A stretch of DNA of 64,000 bases from an uncultured Gemmatimonadales bacterium (GCA_947259405.1 CAMYLY010000009.1:18020-82019), one strand, 5' to 3'; shown: positions 47,836-58,341, counted from the first letter of the stretch. The notes: generated by a model not told the origin, from the letters alone. Numbers and translations are program-made.

Positions 47836-48605
47836 TCGGCTCCTCCGCGCCGATCGAATCGGTCCGCCAACGCTGGGAGGGCCCTGCCTGCCCGATCGAG
47901 CCACCCAACGTCAGCCACCCTCGACAGGGGCGTCCGATCAGGGTTGATCTCAATCACGCTCGCACCACTGCGTTGCGCAACCAGCGGCAGCTCCACCGCA
48001 GGATAGACGACCGAAGACGTCCCCACGACGAGGACAGCGTCCGCCTGTTCGACGCTCCGCCATGCACGCTGGATCGCTCCCTCGGGCAGTGGTTCGCCGA
48101 ACCACACAACCCCGGGCCGTATCGGCATGCCGCATGTCTCACACGCGGGGGCATCCGCGGTGTCACCCATTGCGTGGTCCGCCCGGGCCTCCGCATCCCA
48201 CGGGTGACCAGCTCCACTACAGCGGAACGCATGCAGGGAACCGTGCAGCTCCAAGACCGGATCGGAGCCAGCCCGTTGATGCAGGCCATCAACATTCTGG
48301 GTCACGATCGTCAACGACGCGAAATGCATCGCGAGCCGAACGAGGGCGCGATGTCCATCGTGCGGCATCGCAGCACGCGCACGCTGCCACCGTTCCCAGT
48401 ACCAACGAAATACGCGGCCCGGATCAGTGGCGAACGCCTCTGGTGTCGCCAGCTCCATAGGGTCGTATTGGGACCAGAGCCCCGTGAGGGCGTCGCGGAA
48501 CGTTGGCACACCCGATTCCTTGGACATGCCTGCCCCGGTCAACACGACAACGTGCCGCGCGTTCTCGAGAATCTCGGAGGCCCGCGTGCAGGCGTCTCCG
48601 TTCAT
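47832..48605 (-). CDS. cobB: NAD-dependent deacylase (sirtuin)
   Basis: TGAGMSKESGVPTFR, TQNVDGLH, ELHGS, GTSSVVYPA. Confidence 0.93.
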   Translation of the reverse strand: MNGDACTRASEILENARHVVVLTGAGMSKESGVPTFRDALTGLWSQYDPMELATPEAFATDPGRVFRWYWERWQRARAAMPHDGHRALVRLAMHFASLTIVTQNVDGLHQRAGSDPVLELHGSLHAFRCSGAGHPWDAEARADHAMGDTADAPACETCGMPIRPGVVWFGEPLPEGAIQRAWRSVEQADAVLVVGTSSVVYPAVELPLVAQRSGASVIEINPDRTPLSRVADVGWLDRAGRALPALADRFDRRGGAE

Positions 48606-48620
48606 GACCGATGCCCCGCG

Positions 48621-49856
48621 TTATGACGCGGGAACCGGATCGCCGGCAGGGTAGGTGCGCGCCACGTACTCGTTGAGGATGTCGAGGAACTCGTCGACGA
48701 TGCGGTCGCCTTTGAGCGTGACCGACAGTTCGCCATCCACGTACACAGGAGCCTTGGGCTCTTCGGCCGTTCCAGGAAGCGAGATGCCGATATTCGCGTG
48801 CTTCGACTCGCCCGGACCGTTCACCACACACCCCATCACCGCAACCCGCATCCCTTCCACACCCGGATGTGCGCCGCGCCACACCGGCATCTGATGGCAA
48901 AGGTAGTCCTGAATCTGCTCGGCCATCTCCTGAAAGAACGTACTTGTCGTGCGCCCACACCCGGGGCATGCCGTCACCTGCGGTAGGAACGAGCGCAGGC
49001 CCAGCGACTGCAGAATCTGCTGCGCCACGCGTACCTCCTCGGCACGGGCGCCGCCAGGCGCGGGCGTGAGCGAAATCCTGATGGTGTCGCCAATGCCATC
49101 CAGAAGGAGCACGCCGACCGCGGCCGCGCTGGCCACGACTCCTTTCGTTCCCATTCCCGCCTCGGTCAGTCCGAGGTGGAGCACATGATCCGAAAGCGGG
49201 GCAAGCATCCGGTACACATCAACCAGATCCTGCACGAGCGACATCTTGACCGAGAGCACGATCTGATCGTGCCCAAGTCCGACAGTCTCCGCCAGCGCTG
49301 CCGAGCGCATCGCGCTCTCGACCATGGCCTCGAACATGACTTCCCGCGCGTCCCTGGGCGGGGACCGGTGCGCATTGGCGTCCATCAACTCCGTCAGCAG
49401 TGCCTTGTCCAGCGATCCCCAATTGACGCCGATCCGGACCGGTTTGTCGTGATCGATCGCAATCTGCACGATGGTACTGAAGTTTTCGTCGCGCCGTTTG
49501 GCGCCAACGTTCCCCGGATTGATACGGTATTTGGCGAGCGCAGCAGCGCACGCCGGATGTTTGGTAAGCAACAAGTGTCCGTTGTAATGGAAATCCCCGA
49601 TAATCGGGACGGTGACCCCATCGCCGCGTAGCTGATTCACGATCTCAGGCACGGCCAGCGCAGCCGCGTCATTGTTCACCGTGACCCGGACAAGTTCGCT
49701 GCCGGCCTCCACGAGCTCGGTGACTTGCCTAACGGTGCCGTCGACATCCGCCGTATCCGTATTCGTCATCGACTGGACCACGATGGGATGGCACGACCCG
49801 ACTGGAACGTCACCAATCCATACGGAAGGGGTCTGACGACGTGTGACGATCGGCAA
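48621..49856 (-). CDS. ispG: HMBPP synthase
   Basis: [30 protein letters not shown]. Confidence 0.97.
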   Translation of the reverse strand: MPIVTRRQTPSVWIGDVPVGSCHPIVVQSMTNTDTADVDGTVRQVTELVEAGSELVRVTVNNDAAALAVPEIVNQLRGDGVTVPIIGDFHYNGHLLLTKHPACAAALAKYRINPGNVGAKRRDENFSTIVQIAIDHDKPVRIGVNWGSLDKALLTELMDANAHRSPPRDAREVMFEAMVESAMRSAALAETVGLGHDQIVLSVKMSLVQDLVDVYRMLAPLSDHVLHLGLTEAGMGTKGVVASAAAVGVLLLDGIGDTIRISLTPAPGGARAEEVRVAQQILQSLGLRSFLPQVTACPGCGRTTSTFFQEMAEQIQDYLCHQMPVWRGAHPGVEGMRVAVMGCVVNGPGESKHANIGISLPGTAEEPKAPVYVDGELSVTLKGDRIVDEFLDILNEYVARTYPAGDPVPAS

Positions 49857-49862
49857 TGACGC

Positions 49863-50225
49863 CTACCCGATGTCGTTCCAGTTTACGTCGAACGATCCCT
49901 GGCATTCGGGACAGGTAAGGCGTTCCGCATCCGGCGGAATCAGCCTCGCGCGAGCGTGGCACGCCGGGCACACGGCATAGGTGAGGCCGAGAATTTCCTC
50001 GCTTGCTCGCTGGGCGCCGCGTTCCGACTCATGCCACTGGACGACGGTCCACGTCGAGGGCGGTCCATCCAGCAACACGAGCATGTCGCGGGGCACGGGC
50101 ACGTTGTTCTTGCGCACGTCGAGGACGACCATCGAGTTCACCGCTTCATTGACGACCGGGTACCACGCGCCACGCCTAAGTCCATGTGTTCCCGGTTTCG
50201 CCCGCGCCCACTTTTCTACCTGCAT
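49863..50225 (-). CDS. Hypothetical protein with C-terminal Zn ribbon
   Basis: LRRGAWYPV, CPAC...CPEC. Confidence 0.7.
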   Translation of the reverse strand: MQVEKWARAKPGTHGLRRGAWYPVVNEAVNSMVVLDVRKNNVPVPRDMLVLLDGPPSTWTVVQWHESERGAQRASEEILGLTYAVCPACHARARLIPPDAERLTCPECQGSFDVNWNDIG

Positions 50226-50286
50226 GGCGGCTCCTGCGCGATCTGTTCGAATACCCAATCTAGCGCGGAGGGCCTGGGCGCCCAAC

Positions 50287-50313
50287 AAAAAGGGGGGCTG
50301 CTCGAGCCCCCCC
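50287..50313 (-). terminator. Rho-independent terminator after nrdJ
   Basis: Minus strand GGGGGGCT-CGAGC-AGCCCCCC followed by TTTTT. Confidence 0.8.
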
Positions 50314-50339
50314 ACACCTATCGGCCATGTGGTCGTGGG

Positions 50340-52832
50340 TCAGCCGCACTCCGAAAAGCCGCAGACGTGACACTTCTTGCATCCCTCCGCGAACTCCAAT
50401 TGCGATCCGCAGTCCGGGCAGGCACCCGCATGTTGTTCGGCGCTGGCGACGTCGAACGCGAACTGTTCACCGTTGTCCGTCGTGCCGGCTCGCGGTGCGA
50501 CAGGGGCCACAGACACATCCTTCTCCGCGGGCGCTTCGAGGAGATCCTGCTGGACGCCCTGCTTGTCTTGCATGTATCGCTCGATGGCAATCCCGATCGC
50601 GTCCGGCACCGATAGGACCTTGTTGGGGCCCAGGCCGGTGACGCGGTCAGACGAGATACCCCGAAGCTGCCGGTACACTTCCTGGAGCGGAATGCCGGAC
50701 CGAAGCGCCAAGGAAATCAGTCGTCCGATCGCTTCGACGTCGGCCATAAGGGCCCCGCCTGCTTTCCCGAGACTCATAAAGACCTCGAACGGCTGACCTC
50801 GGTCGTCTTCCGTGATCGTGACGTACATCGTGCCGAGTGGTGTCTCGATGCGGCGAGTCGCACCCTTGAGCAATTCGGGTCGTGAGCGCTTGGCCCGTCG
50901 CTGCAAGTTCTCGGATTCGACCTCGTGCAGTTGCCGCTTCGTCCTTCCGAGCTCGGCCTCCAGCTCCGCGATCGTGGCCTTGAGTTCAGCGTTCTGATCG
51001 CGGCCAGCCCCATCGGTCGTTCCTGCCCGTTCCTGGACTTTCTTGGCCGTCTTGCCGGTCGAGAGTACTTGCATGTCACGGCTGCCGTCACGATACACGG
51101 TGACGCCTTTGCAATTCAGCGCGAAAGCCATCTCGTAGATCTCGCGGACATACGATTCGCTGGCCTCGTTCGGGAAATTGCAGGTCTTGGAAATCGCGGA
51201 GTCCGTGTACTGTTGAAACGCTGCCTGCATCTTGATATGCCACTCGGGGGTTACATCGTGCGCCGTGACGAACACGCGTTGCCAGTGTTCCGGCACTTCG
51301 TCAAAATGGATATGGCCTTCCTCGGCGACGCGTGTCATGACCTGTTCGGAGTACCACCCCTCGCGTTTGGCGATATCAACGAAGTGGTCGTTCACGTCGG
51401 GCATCAACGCCCCTGCCTGGTTCCGCATGAACGCAACCGCAAACAACGGCTCGATGCCGGAGGAGCAGCCTGCAATAATAGAGATGGTCCCGGTCGGGGC
51501 GACCGTCGTCAGGTTGCAGTTGCGCAACCTACGCTCAGGACGGACGCGCTGACCGTCGGGGCGGCGCGCACACGTCGCGTCGGGTCCCCAGATGCTCTTT
51601 TCCCACTCCGGGAAGGTGCCACGCTCCGCGGCGAGCCGTGCACTCTCGGTCTTTGACTCGCGGTCCACGAACTCCATGAGCTTGTGGGCCCACTGAATCG
51701 CCTCGTCCGAATCGTAGGGCACGCCGAGCTCGATGAGGAAGTCCGCCCACCCCATGATACCCAACCCAATTCGTCGAATGCGTTGTGCCAGGTTGGTGAT
51801 CTCTGGCAGTGGGTATCTGTTCGCGTCGATCACATTGTCGAGGAAGTGCGTACAGAGGTGCACCGCCTTGCGGAGCCCATCCCAATCCACCTCACCGTGC
51901 CGAGCAAAGAGGCCGACATTGATCGAACCGAGGTTGCACACGTCATACGCTAGGAGGGGCTGCTCGCCACATGGGTTGGTCGCTTCGTAGTCGCCCAGGT
52001 GCGGGACCGGGTTGTACTCGTTCGCGCGGTCGATGAAGAACACACCTGGCTCTCCCGTCTTCCACGCCCCGTGTACGACCTTGTCGAACACTTCTCGCGC
52101 GTCCAGTTCTCCGACGACCGCCCCAGACCGCGGGTCGACGAGATCGTAAGAGGAGCCTGCGTTCACGGCGTCCATGAACGCATCGGTGACGGCCACCGAG
52201 ATGTTGAAGTTGGTGACCTTCGTGATGTCGTCCTTGCACGAGATGAAATCGAGGATGTCCGGGTGATCGACGCGGAGAATCCCCATGTTCGCACCGCGGC
52301 GCGTCCCACCTTGCTTCACCACTTCCGTCGACGCGTCGTAGAGCGACATGAACGAGACCGGCCCGGATGCCACCCCCATGGTCGATCGCACCACGTCGTT
52401 CTTGGGCCGCAAGCGCGAGAAGCTGAACCCGGTGCCGCCACCCGATTGGTGGACGAGCGCCATGTTGCGCAGGGTGTCGTAAATCCCGCTTGTCCCATCG
52501 GACAGGGCATCGTCAACCGGGAGCACGAAGCACGCGGACAACTGACCCAAGGGGCGCCCGGCGTTCATCAGGGTCGGGCTGTTGGGCATCCATACCCGTG
52601 TGGCCATGAGGTCGTAGAACGTCTCGGCCAATGCTTCAACCGCACCAGGGCTCGCTCCGTACCGGGCGTCCGCATAGGCAATGGTCTTGGCGACCCGCCA
52701 GAACAGGTCTTCTGGCCGCTCAACCGGATCTCCCTGGTCGTCCTTGACGAGATATCGCTTTTCGAGAACCGTGACGGCGTTGTCGTTGAGTTGCGGGGTT
52801 TTGTGCTGCCCAGTGTCGCCCGAAATGCCCAT
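50340..52832 (-). CDS. nrdJ: Class II (B12-dependent) ribonucleotide reductase with TSCPD and Zn-ribbon C-terminus
   Basis: PNSPTLMNAG, TNPCGEQ, APTGTIS, SAISKTCN, SVPD, CPDC..CHVC. Confidence 0.95.
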   Translation of the reverse strand: MGISGDTGQHKTPQLNDNAVTVLEKRYLVKDDQGDPVERPEDLFWRVAKTIAYADARYGASPGAVEALAETFYDLMATRVWMPNSPTLMNAGRPLGQLSACFVLPVDDALSDGTSGIYDTLRNMALVHQSGGGTGFSFSRLRPKNDVVRSTMGVASGPVSFMSLYDASTEVVKQGGTRRGANMGILRVDHPDILDFISCKDDITKVTNFNISVAVTDAFMDAVNAGSSYDLVDPRSGAVVGELDAREVFDKVVHGAWKTGEPGVFFIDRANEYNPVPHLGDYEATNPCGEQPLLAYDVCNLGSINVGLFARHGEVDWDGLRKAVHLCTHFLDNVIDANRYPLPEITNLAQRIRRIGLGIMGWADFLIELGVPYDSDEAIQWAHKLMEFVDRESKTESARLAAERGTFPEWEKSIWGPDATCARRPDGQRVRPERRLRNCNLTTVAPTGTISIIAGCSSGIEPLFAVAFMRNQAGALMPDVNDHFVDIAKREGWYSEQVMTRVAEEGHIHFDEVPEHWQRVFVTAHDVTPEWHIKMQAAFQQYTDSAISKTCNFPNEASESYVREIYEMAFALNCKGVTVYRDGSRDMQVLSTGKTAKKVQERAGTTDGAGRDQNAELKATIAELEAELGRTKRQLHEVESENLQRRAKRSRPELLKGATRRIETPLGTMYVTITEDDRGQPFEVFMSLGKAGGALMADVEAIGRLISLALRSGIPLQEVYRQLRGISSDRVTGLGPNKVLSVPDAIGIAIERYMQDKQGVQQDLLEAPAEKDVSVAPVAPRAGTTDNGEQFAFDVASAEQHAGACPDCGSQLEFAEGCKKCHVCGFSECG

Positions 52833-53005
52833 AATGCGTTCAGACTCCAAACCGGAGGGTTGCAGTGGTCGTTCGTAAGTTAATGCGCCAAGGGGATTCG
52901 GCTCTCGCGGAGCATGGGCGCGGGGTGGTCAAGGTAGAAATCGCCGGGTGCACATGCAAGTGCATGCAAGGCACCGCAAAATGACTCCGGGAACCAGTTT
53001 ACACA

Positions 53006-53515
53006 TCACAAATCTGTTGTCGGCCGCATTACCGGGAATTCGGCCTCGCGATGACGCGCCGCAAGCGCCGCGTAATGGCGAACAGTTGAGCCGATCCGCT
53101 TCCGCAAGTCATCGTCCACGCTGCCCACCACGCGCCCCGGCACGCCAAGCACGAGAGACCCGGGCGGTACCACCGTGCCTTCCGTCACCACGGCGCCCGC
53201 TCCAACCACCGATCCGGTACCGATGCGCACCCCGTTGAGCAGAATCGCACCCATACCGACGAGGCAGTCGTCGTCAATCGTGCATCCATGGACAATGGCC
53301 CGGTGCCCCACGGCGACCCGCTCTCCCACCGTGCAGGGGACACCTTCATCGACGTGAACCATGGTAAGATCTTGGATGTTGGTCTCCGCACCGATCACGA
53401 TGGCCTCCATATCGCCGCGAAGCACGCAGTTGTACCAGACCGACGCACGGGGACCCAACGAAACCGCCCCGAGAACCTGCGCTCCCGGGGCGATGAAGGC
53501 TGTGGGGTCGATCAT
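53006..53515 (-). CDS. Gamma carbonic anhydrase family protein
   Basis: Hexapeptide repeats, LRGD, NIQD..VH, GH..IVHGC. Confidence 0.92.
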   Translation of the reverse strand: MIDPTAFIAPGAQVLGAVSLGPRASVWYNCVLRGDMEAIVIGAETNIQDLTMVHVDEGVPCTVGERVAVGHRAIVHGCTIDDDCLVGMGAILLNGVRIGTGSVVGAGAVVTEGTVVPPGSLVLGVPGRVVGSVDDDLRKRIGSTVRHYAALAARHREAEFPVMRPTTDL

Positions 53516-55404
53516 CGAGCGCGGCAGGTCAACCGCAACCAGCTCGCGACCGGCTGACCGCCTTTGGAAGCCGGTGTGAAGGTCCCAGAACGAAGGTAGC
53601 GCTGGATCGCTGCCCCGAACCTGGGGTTGGTGGGTCGCTGGGTGAATCGGAACGTCGCAACGCTCCCGTCGTCCTCGAGGCTCACCCACAGTTGGGCCGG
53701 CTGGGGTTTGTCTGCACCCTGCAGTGGAATAACGCAGGCTTGATTTGCCGAAGCCGCCGTATCGAAACAGAAGTTATTCATGTTGTAGCGCGCCGCTTCT
53801 GGATTCGAACATTGCGGCTGCGGAATCCGCTCCATAGCGATGGTCACCGGCACCGTATCGCCGCGCGCAACCTGGATCGTCACATCGAACGGACGGTATC
53901 CGGAGCGTTGCGCCACCACGCGCTGCGCCCCCGGACTCACCTCGACGACGTCTTGATTCACCGGACTCCCGTTGATAGCGACCTCGGCACCACTCGGACG
54001 GCCCTCGATCGCCACCCAACCGGTGGTCGGCAGTGGAGGCACAACAACCGAATCTGGCACGGGCACCGAATCCACCGCGGCGGCGGTGTCGGCGAGCGCC
54101 GTGTCGACGGGTGTGGAGTCGGCAACCGGGAGGGAATCCGCGACCACCGCCGATGTCCGATTGAGGCCGATCTGGCTGAAATCCGGAGGCCACGTCGCCC
54201 CCATGAAGAAATACCAGAACCCTCCCGCGCCGCCGCCGCCCAAGATCAGGATGAGGAACATGCCGACCAACACGCTGCCGCGTTTTCGTTCCTTTGCCCG
54301 CTGGGGCTCGTGCTTCCCTGTCGGGTCGGCCATCGGAATGGGTGTCGTCGGCGTTGTCGGGAGCGAACCCGCCGGGAGAGCGGCCGACCCACGCGCCGGA
54401 GACGGCATGATGGTCGTGGGCAGATCCGAGACGGTCCGAGCCGCGGACGCATCGATCTCCGCCGTCGGCCGCCCCTCCAACCGCGCGACGAGCTCATTCG
54501 CCGTCTGGAATCGGTGGGTTGGGTCTTTGGCCATCATCACGTTGACGACCTCGAACAGCGCGCGTTGGTCCGGAGTAGTCAACTCGGGAACCGGCAACTC
54601 CTCCATGATGTGCTTGTATCCAATCGCGAACGCGTCCTCGCCGTCATACGGCACGTGCCCTGTGAGGCATTGGTAGGTCACCACGCCCAGCGAGTAGATG
54701 TCGCTGCGTCCATCGAGCGGCTGCGCCCGCGCTTGTTCCGGACTCATGTAATGAGGCGTCCCAATGGACATGCCAGTGCCGGTCAGCCGCGTTCCCGTGG
54801 CGGCTTTCGCGATTCCAAAATCCGTCAGGATCGCATGACCGATCTCGTCGAACATGATGTTGTCTGGCTTGATGTCACGGTGGACGATGCCATTCTGGTG
54901 CGCATAGCCAAGGGCGCCCGCGGTCTGTTTTAAGAACGAGCGGATCTCTTCGGGAGGAAGCGCGCCTCGCCGCTGAACCACTTCCGACAGCGACGATCCG
55001 CGCAAGTACTTCATCACGAAGTAGATCACGCGTCCCGACTTCCCGACGCGATAGATCGGGATGATGTAGGGGTGTTCGAGCTTGGCGGCGGTTCGCGCCT
55101 CGCGCTGGAATCGCTCGACAAACTCTTTGTCAAAGGCGAGCGAGAACGGTAGGGTCTTGACCGCGACCTCGCGGTCCAAGTGTTTTTCACGAGCGTGGAA
55201 CACGATCGCCATTCCACCGCGTCCGAGTTCCGAAATGATCTCGTATTCGTTCTTGAGCGCGTCGCGAACGAGGTCGATTTCGCTGACTTCACTGCGTTCC
55301 CCATCAGTCGGCGCCAATGGAGTACTCGTGGACAAATCCAGCCCGCACGACGGACAGAACTTTGCCTGATTCGCAACTTCAGTTCCGCAACGTGAACAGT
55401 ACAC
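53512..55404 (-). CDS. Zn-ribbon Ser/Thr kinase with TM, PEGA and TonB-C-like domain
   Basis: CSRC..FCPSC; LGRGGMA, HRDIKPDN, DFG, MSPE; TM; PEGA; C-terminal FTPASKGGQPV. Confidence 0.9.
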   Translation of the reverse strand: MYCSRCGTEVANQAKFCPSCGLDLSTSTPLAPTDGERSEVSEIDLVRDALKNEYEIISELGRGGMAIVFHAREKHLDREVAVKTLPFSLAFDKEFVERFQREARTAAKLEHPYIIPIYRVGKSGRVIYFVMKYLRGSSLSEVVQRRGALPPEEIRSFLKQTAGALGYAHQNGIVHRDIKPDNIMFDEIGHAILTDFGIAKAATGTRLTGTGMSIGTPHYMSPEQARAQPLDGRSDIYSLGVVTYQCLTGHVPYDGEDAFAIGYKHIMEELPVPELTTPDQRALFEVVNVMMAKDPTHRFQTANELVARLEGRPTAEIDASAARTVSDLPTTIMPSPARGSAALPAGSLPTTPTTPIPMADPTGKHEPQRAKERKRGSVLVGMFLILILGGGGAGGFWYFFMGATWPPDFSQIGLNRTSAVVADSLPVADSTPVDTALADTAAAVDSVPVPDSVVVPPLPTTGWVAIEGRPSGAEVAINGSPVNQDVVEVSPGAQRVVAQRSGYRPFDVTIQVARGDTVPVTIAMERIPQPQCSNPEAARYNMNNFCFDTAASANQACVIPLQGADKPQPAQLWVSLEDDGSVATFRFTQRPTNPRFGAAIQRYLRSGTFTPASKGGQPVASWLRLTCRAR

Positions 55405-55509
55405 GGACCGTCCTCTCTCGAGCCCTGAAGTGTTGGAAACCCCTCAGACCCTGTCAAGCAAGTCAGGGGCCATGGGACGACACGGGCCGGACTCGTTGTG
55501 CAACCAGGC

Positions 55510-58341
55510 TCAGAACGAGGTGCCGAAGGTCACGTAAGCCCTTATATCACCCCTACTTACACCGAGTCCATCAGTCAACGGAACGGCGGCACCTACCCGG
55601 ACCCGCGTGGGTACATCGTACAGGATCCCGAGGTCGGCAATGAGCTCGGTTCCCGCACTTTGCAAGTTGTTCTCGGTCCCACCATCAGAGGCGATTCGGG
55701 CCGTTCCGAACTCATAGAACAGAGTAGCCGAAACCCGGTCGAATACGATGGGGATGATCGGCATGCCGCGACCGATCAAGGCGATGGGGATCCGTGCCTC
55801 CGCGACAGCGGTGAGTGCGCGATCGAAGCCCCCAACTCTCGGGTACCCTCGCAGGGCAAATGCCCGCCTCCCGGTCCCTACGATCAATCCCGGCGCGACC
55901 TCGAAGCGGTCTCCCGACTCGCCACCAACCGCAATGGTCCGCGGTGCCGACCCACCGGCACCACCACCGGTTAGGCGGAGGGCCAGGACCCATCGCGCGA
56001 ATCCCGGGAGGCCAACACCCAGGAACCCGGCAACGGCGCCCCGGGTCTCAAACGACGACGCCCCATCCCTGAGACTCCATTGTCGCTCGTACAGTGCGTC
56101 GAGCCGGACGCCGTTTTCGACCGAAATGGCCAGTGCGGGACGCGAGCGATAGAACAGGCTTCCACTGATGGACGCGGCGAGCGAGGTGGGTCCTTCGAAG
56201 ATCAAAGCACCGGCCGACGACTCGTCGAAGAGCGAGAACTGTTCCAAGCCCGTCGCGAGCCGAACGACTGCGCCCGAACGCCACCAACGGCGCGCCAGCC
56301 TCACGCCCACCGTGGCCGCTTGCTCGCGCTCCCCAAAGGGAACGACCCCCGCATTGGTGAGGAGTCCGAAGCCCAACCATGACTGCCGCACGGAAACGTT
56401 CACGGCTGCCCCCTGCCACCGTTGATGCGCGACGGAGAGCACACCTTCCGTCCGGCCCGTGCTCGGTGCCACCGCAAGCGAGGCGAGGTACTGTGTGCGA
56501 CCGATTGGATCATCAGCAGACGTGAATGCGCCGAGGAACGTGCCCGTCTCACTCTCCACGTGGAGCACGGGATTCCAGTACTTCGGGACCAGAGCGGGCC
56601 AGGGATTGTATCCTCGCTCTTGCACAGCGGCTCGCGGGGCCACCTCCATCGAGGTAGTGGGTTGGGTGACCGTGGGCGCGTCCGCGAGCTGGTCTGGTGC
56701 GAGTTGCATCACGGCCATGCCGTCGTGAAAGACCGACGTGAACACGAGCGACCCATCAGGAAGCTCCTGTGGCGAGCGAGCGCCCCCCAACTCGGTGGTC
56801 AATCGACTGACACGGTCGCTGCCGCGGTCGTAGCGATAGACTTGCGGCAGCCCGGACACCTCACTGACGAACAGTACCGTTCCATCAGGGGCCCACGACA
56901 CATCGGAGAGCAATGCGTTTCCGAGCGTCACGCGGCGAGCTGCACTGGGGTCGGTAAGGGGCCACACAACCAGTTCGCGCCTCCCCTTCAGCAGCGCATC
57001 GCCCGCTCCCCAACCCTCACGCACCGCGATCTCTCCCCAATCGTCGGCGGGCGGAAGATTGACCGGTTCGTGACCGCCGTCGGGATCCAGCCAAAGCGGT
57101 CGGCGCCGACCGTCTTCCACTCGCACGCCGCCGACACGGGCGCCGTTACTGAACGGAGACGTGAAGCGCTCGGTGTTGGAAATGCGTTCCCACGTTTTGA
57201 GTTCACGCCACAGGTACAGGTGGCTGCGGATCGATGCCGGCGACGCGTAGTCCAACTGACCGATGATGAGGGACGTGCCGTGCCAAGCGATGCGGACACC
57301 GGCGTTGACCCGATGGCTCGCCGTCCGCGATGAATCCGCCAAGAGTACCCGGACAGTTGCATCTCGTCGGCCATCGGAATGCAGGTAGGCAAGGGCGTGC
57401 CCCGACGGCGACGCCACCGGTGCGGGTCGCGACAGTAGCCCGCGGGCGAGCACCGTCGCCAGCCCCGTCCCGCTCGGCGGCGTATACGACTCGCGCATGC
57501 GTTTCCACCCAGCGCGCACCGACGTGCCTCCGGCTTCCTGAAGCGGGCTGCCGACGGTCAGCGGCCAGAGTTTGCCAGCTGACCGCTCCACGAAGCGAGA
57601 CGGGAGGCTGTCACCACCGCTGGTAACCTGACTGGCGAAGAACCGCGATCCCCATGCATACGGCCGTTGCCCGCCTGGCCATCGCGGCGACACGAGCGTT
57701 GCGTCCTCAGACCGTGGCCAGACACCTGACGTCGCGGTTGACGCCAACAGCTGGGTGTGAAACGCGCCGCGGACACGACCGGCGTCGGTGAAGCGCGATT
57801 CGTAGTACGTCGCAAGTCCCTCTTTGACCCACGAGGACCGATAGGCATTGGGGAACGTCCACGGAGCCCGACCGAACATATACTGCATGCCGCGCCAGAA
57901 CCCGCGCGTGCGATCGAGATGGAAGACGTGCGTCAACTCGTGCACCAGAACCACGCGAACCCATTCGTCGTAGTGCGCGAGTGCCAGCTCCGTGGCAGGC
58001 GGGGCGAGGAAGATGAACAGCTTGTTGGACGGAAACACCGACGCAGCACCATTGCTGAAGTCCACGTTGTCGAACACGGCGATGTCCACCGTGCCTCGGG
58101 GCGGGACAAGTTCCGACGCCAGCAACCGGTAGGCACGTTCCGCTTCATCAGCCACGCGTTGGACAAGGTGCGCCCGTTCCCGTCGGATATGGATGCGAAA
58201 ATGCTCCGTCTGCCACGTGCTCCAGGTACCGGAAGGGTCGAGTTGCGCTGCGGCAGGCAACGGGGACAGCGCGAGCACGACGATTGGTAACCAGACGCGT
58301 AGCGGCCTGGCCGCCGGTCCTGGACAGCCCGAAAATCGCAT
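55510..58341 (-). CDS. Outer-membrane protein: gluzincin-like peptidase, beta-propeller and Omp85-like barrel
   Basis: Signal peptide; HELTH and EGLA zinc ligands; WAPDG repeat; LRGYP motif; terminal YVTFGTSF. Confidence 0.8.
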   Translation of the reverse strand: MRFSGCPGPAARPLRVWLPIVVLALSPLPAAAQLDPSGTWSTWQTEHFRIHIRRERAHLVQRVADEAERAYRLLASELVPPRGTVDIAVFDNVDFSNGAASVFPSNKLFIFLAPPATELALAHYDEWVRVVLVHELTHVFHLDRTRGFWRGMQYMFGRAPWTFPNAYRSSWVKEGLATYYESRFTDAGRVRGAFHTQLLASTATSGVWPRSEDATLVSPRWPGGQRPYAWGSRFFASQVTSGGDSLPSRFVERSAGKLWPLTVGSPLQEAGGTSVRAGWKRMRESYTPPSGTGLATVLARGLLSRPAPVASPSGHALAYLHSDGRRDATVRVLLADSSRTASHRVNAGVRIAWHGTSLIIGQLDYASPASIRSHLYLWRELKTWERISNTERFTSPFSNGARVGGVRVEDGRRRPLWLDPDGGHEPVNLPPADDWGEIAVREGWGAGDALLKGRRELVVWPLTDPSAARRVTLGNALLSDVSWAPDGTVLFVSEVSGLPQVYRYDRGSDRVSRLTTELGGARSPQELPDGSLVFTSVFHDGMAVMQLAPDQLADAPTVTQPTTSMEVAPRAAVQERGYNPWPALVPKYWNPVLHVESETGTFLGAFTSADDPIGRTQYLASLAVAPSTGRTEGVLSVAHQRWQGAAVNVSVRQSWLGFGLLTNAGVVPFGEREQAATVGVRLARRWWRSGAVVRLATGLEQFSLFDESSAGALIFEGPTSLAASISGSLFYRSRPALAISVENGVRLDALYERQWSLRDGASSFETRGAVAGFLGVGLPGFARWVLALRLTGGGAGGSAPRTIAVGGESGDRFEVAPGLIVGTGRRAFALRGYPRVGGFDRALTAVAEARIPIALIGRGMPIIPIVFDRVSATLFYEFGTARIASDGGTENNLQSAGTELIADLGILYDVPTRVRVGAAVPLTDGLGVSRGDIRAYVTFGTSF

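Noticed and set aside
52995-53025. NrdR box upstream of nrdJ
   Set aside because: Only a weak single match, overlapping the end of the gamma-CA gene.
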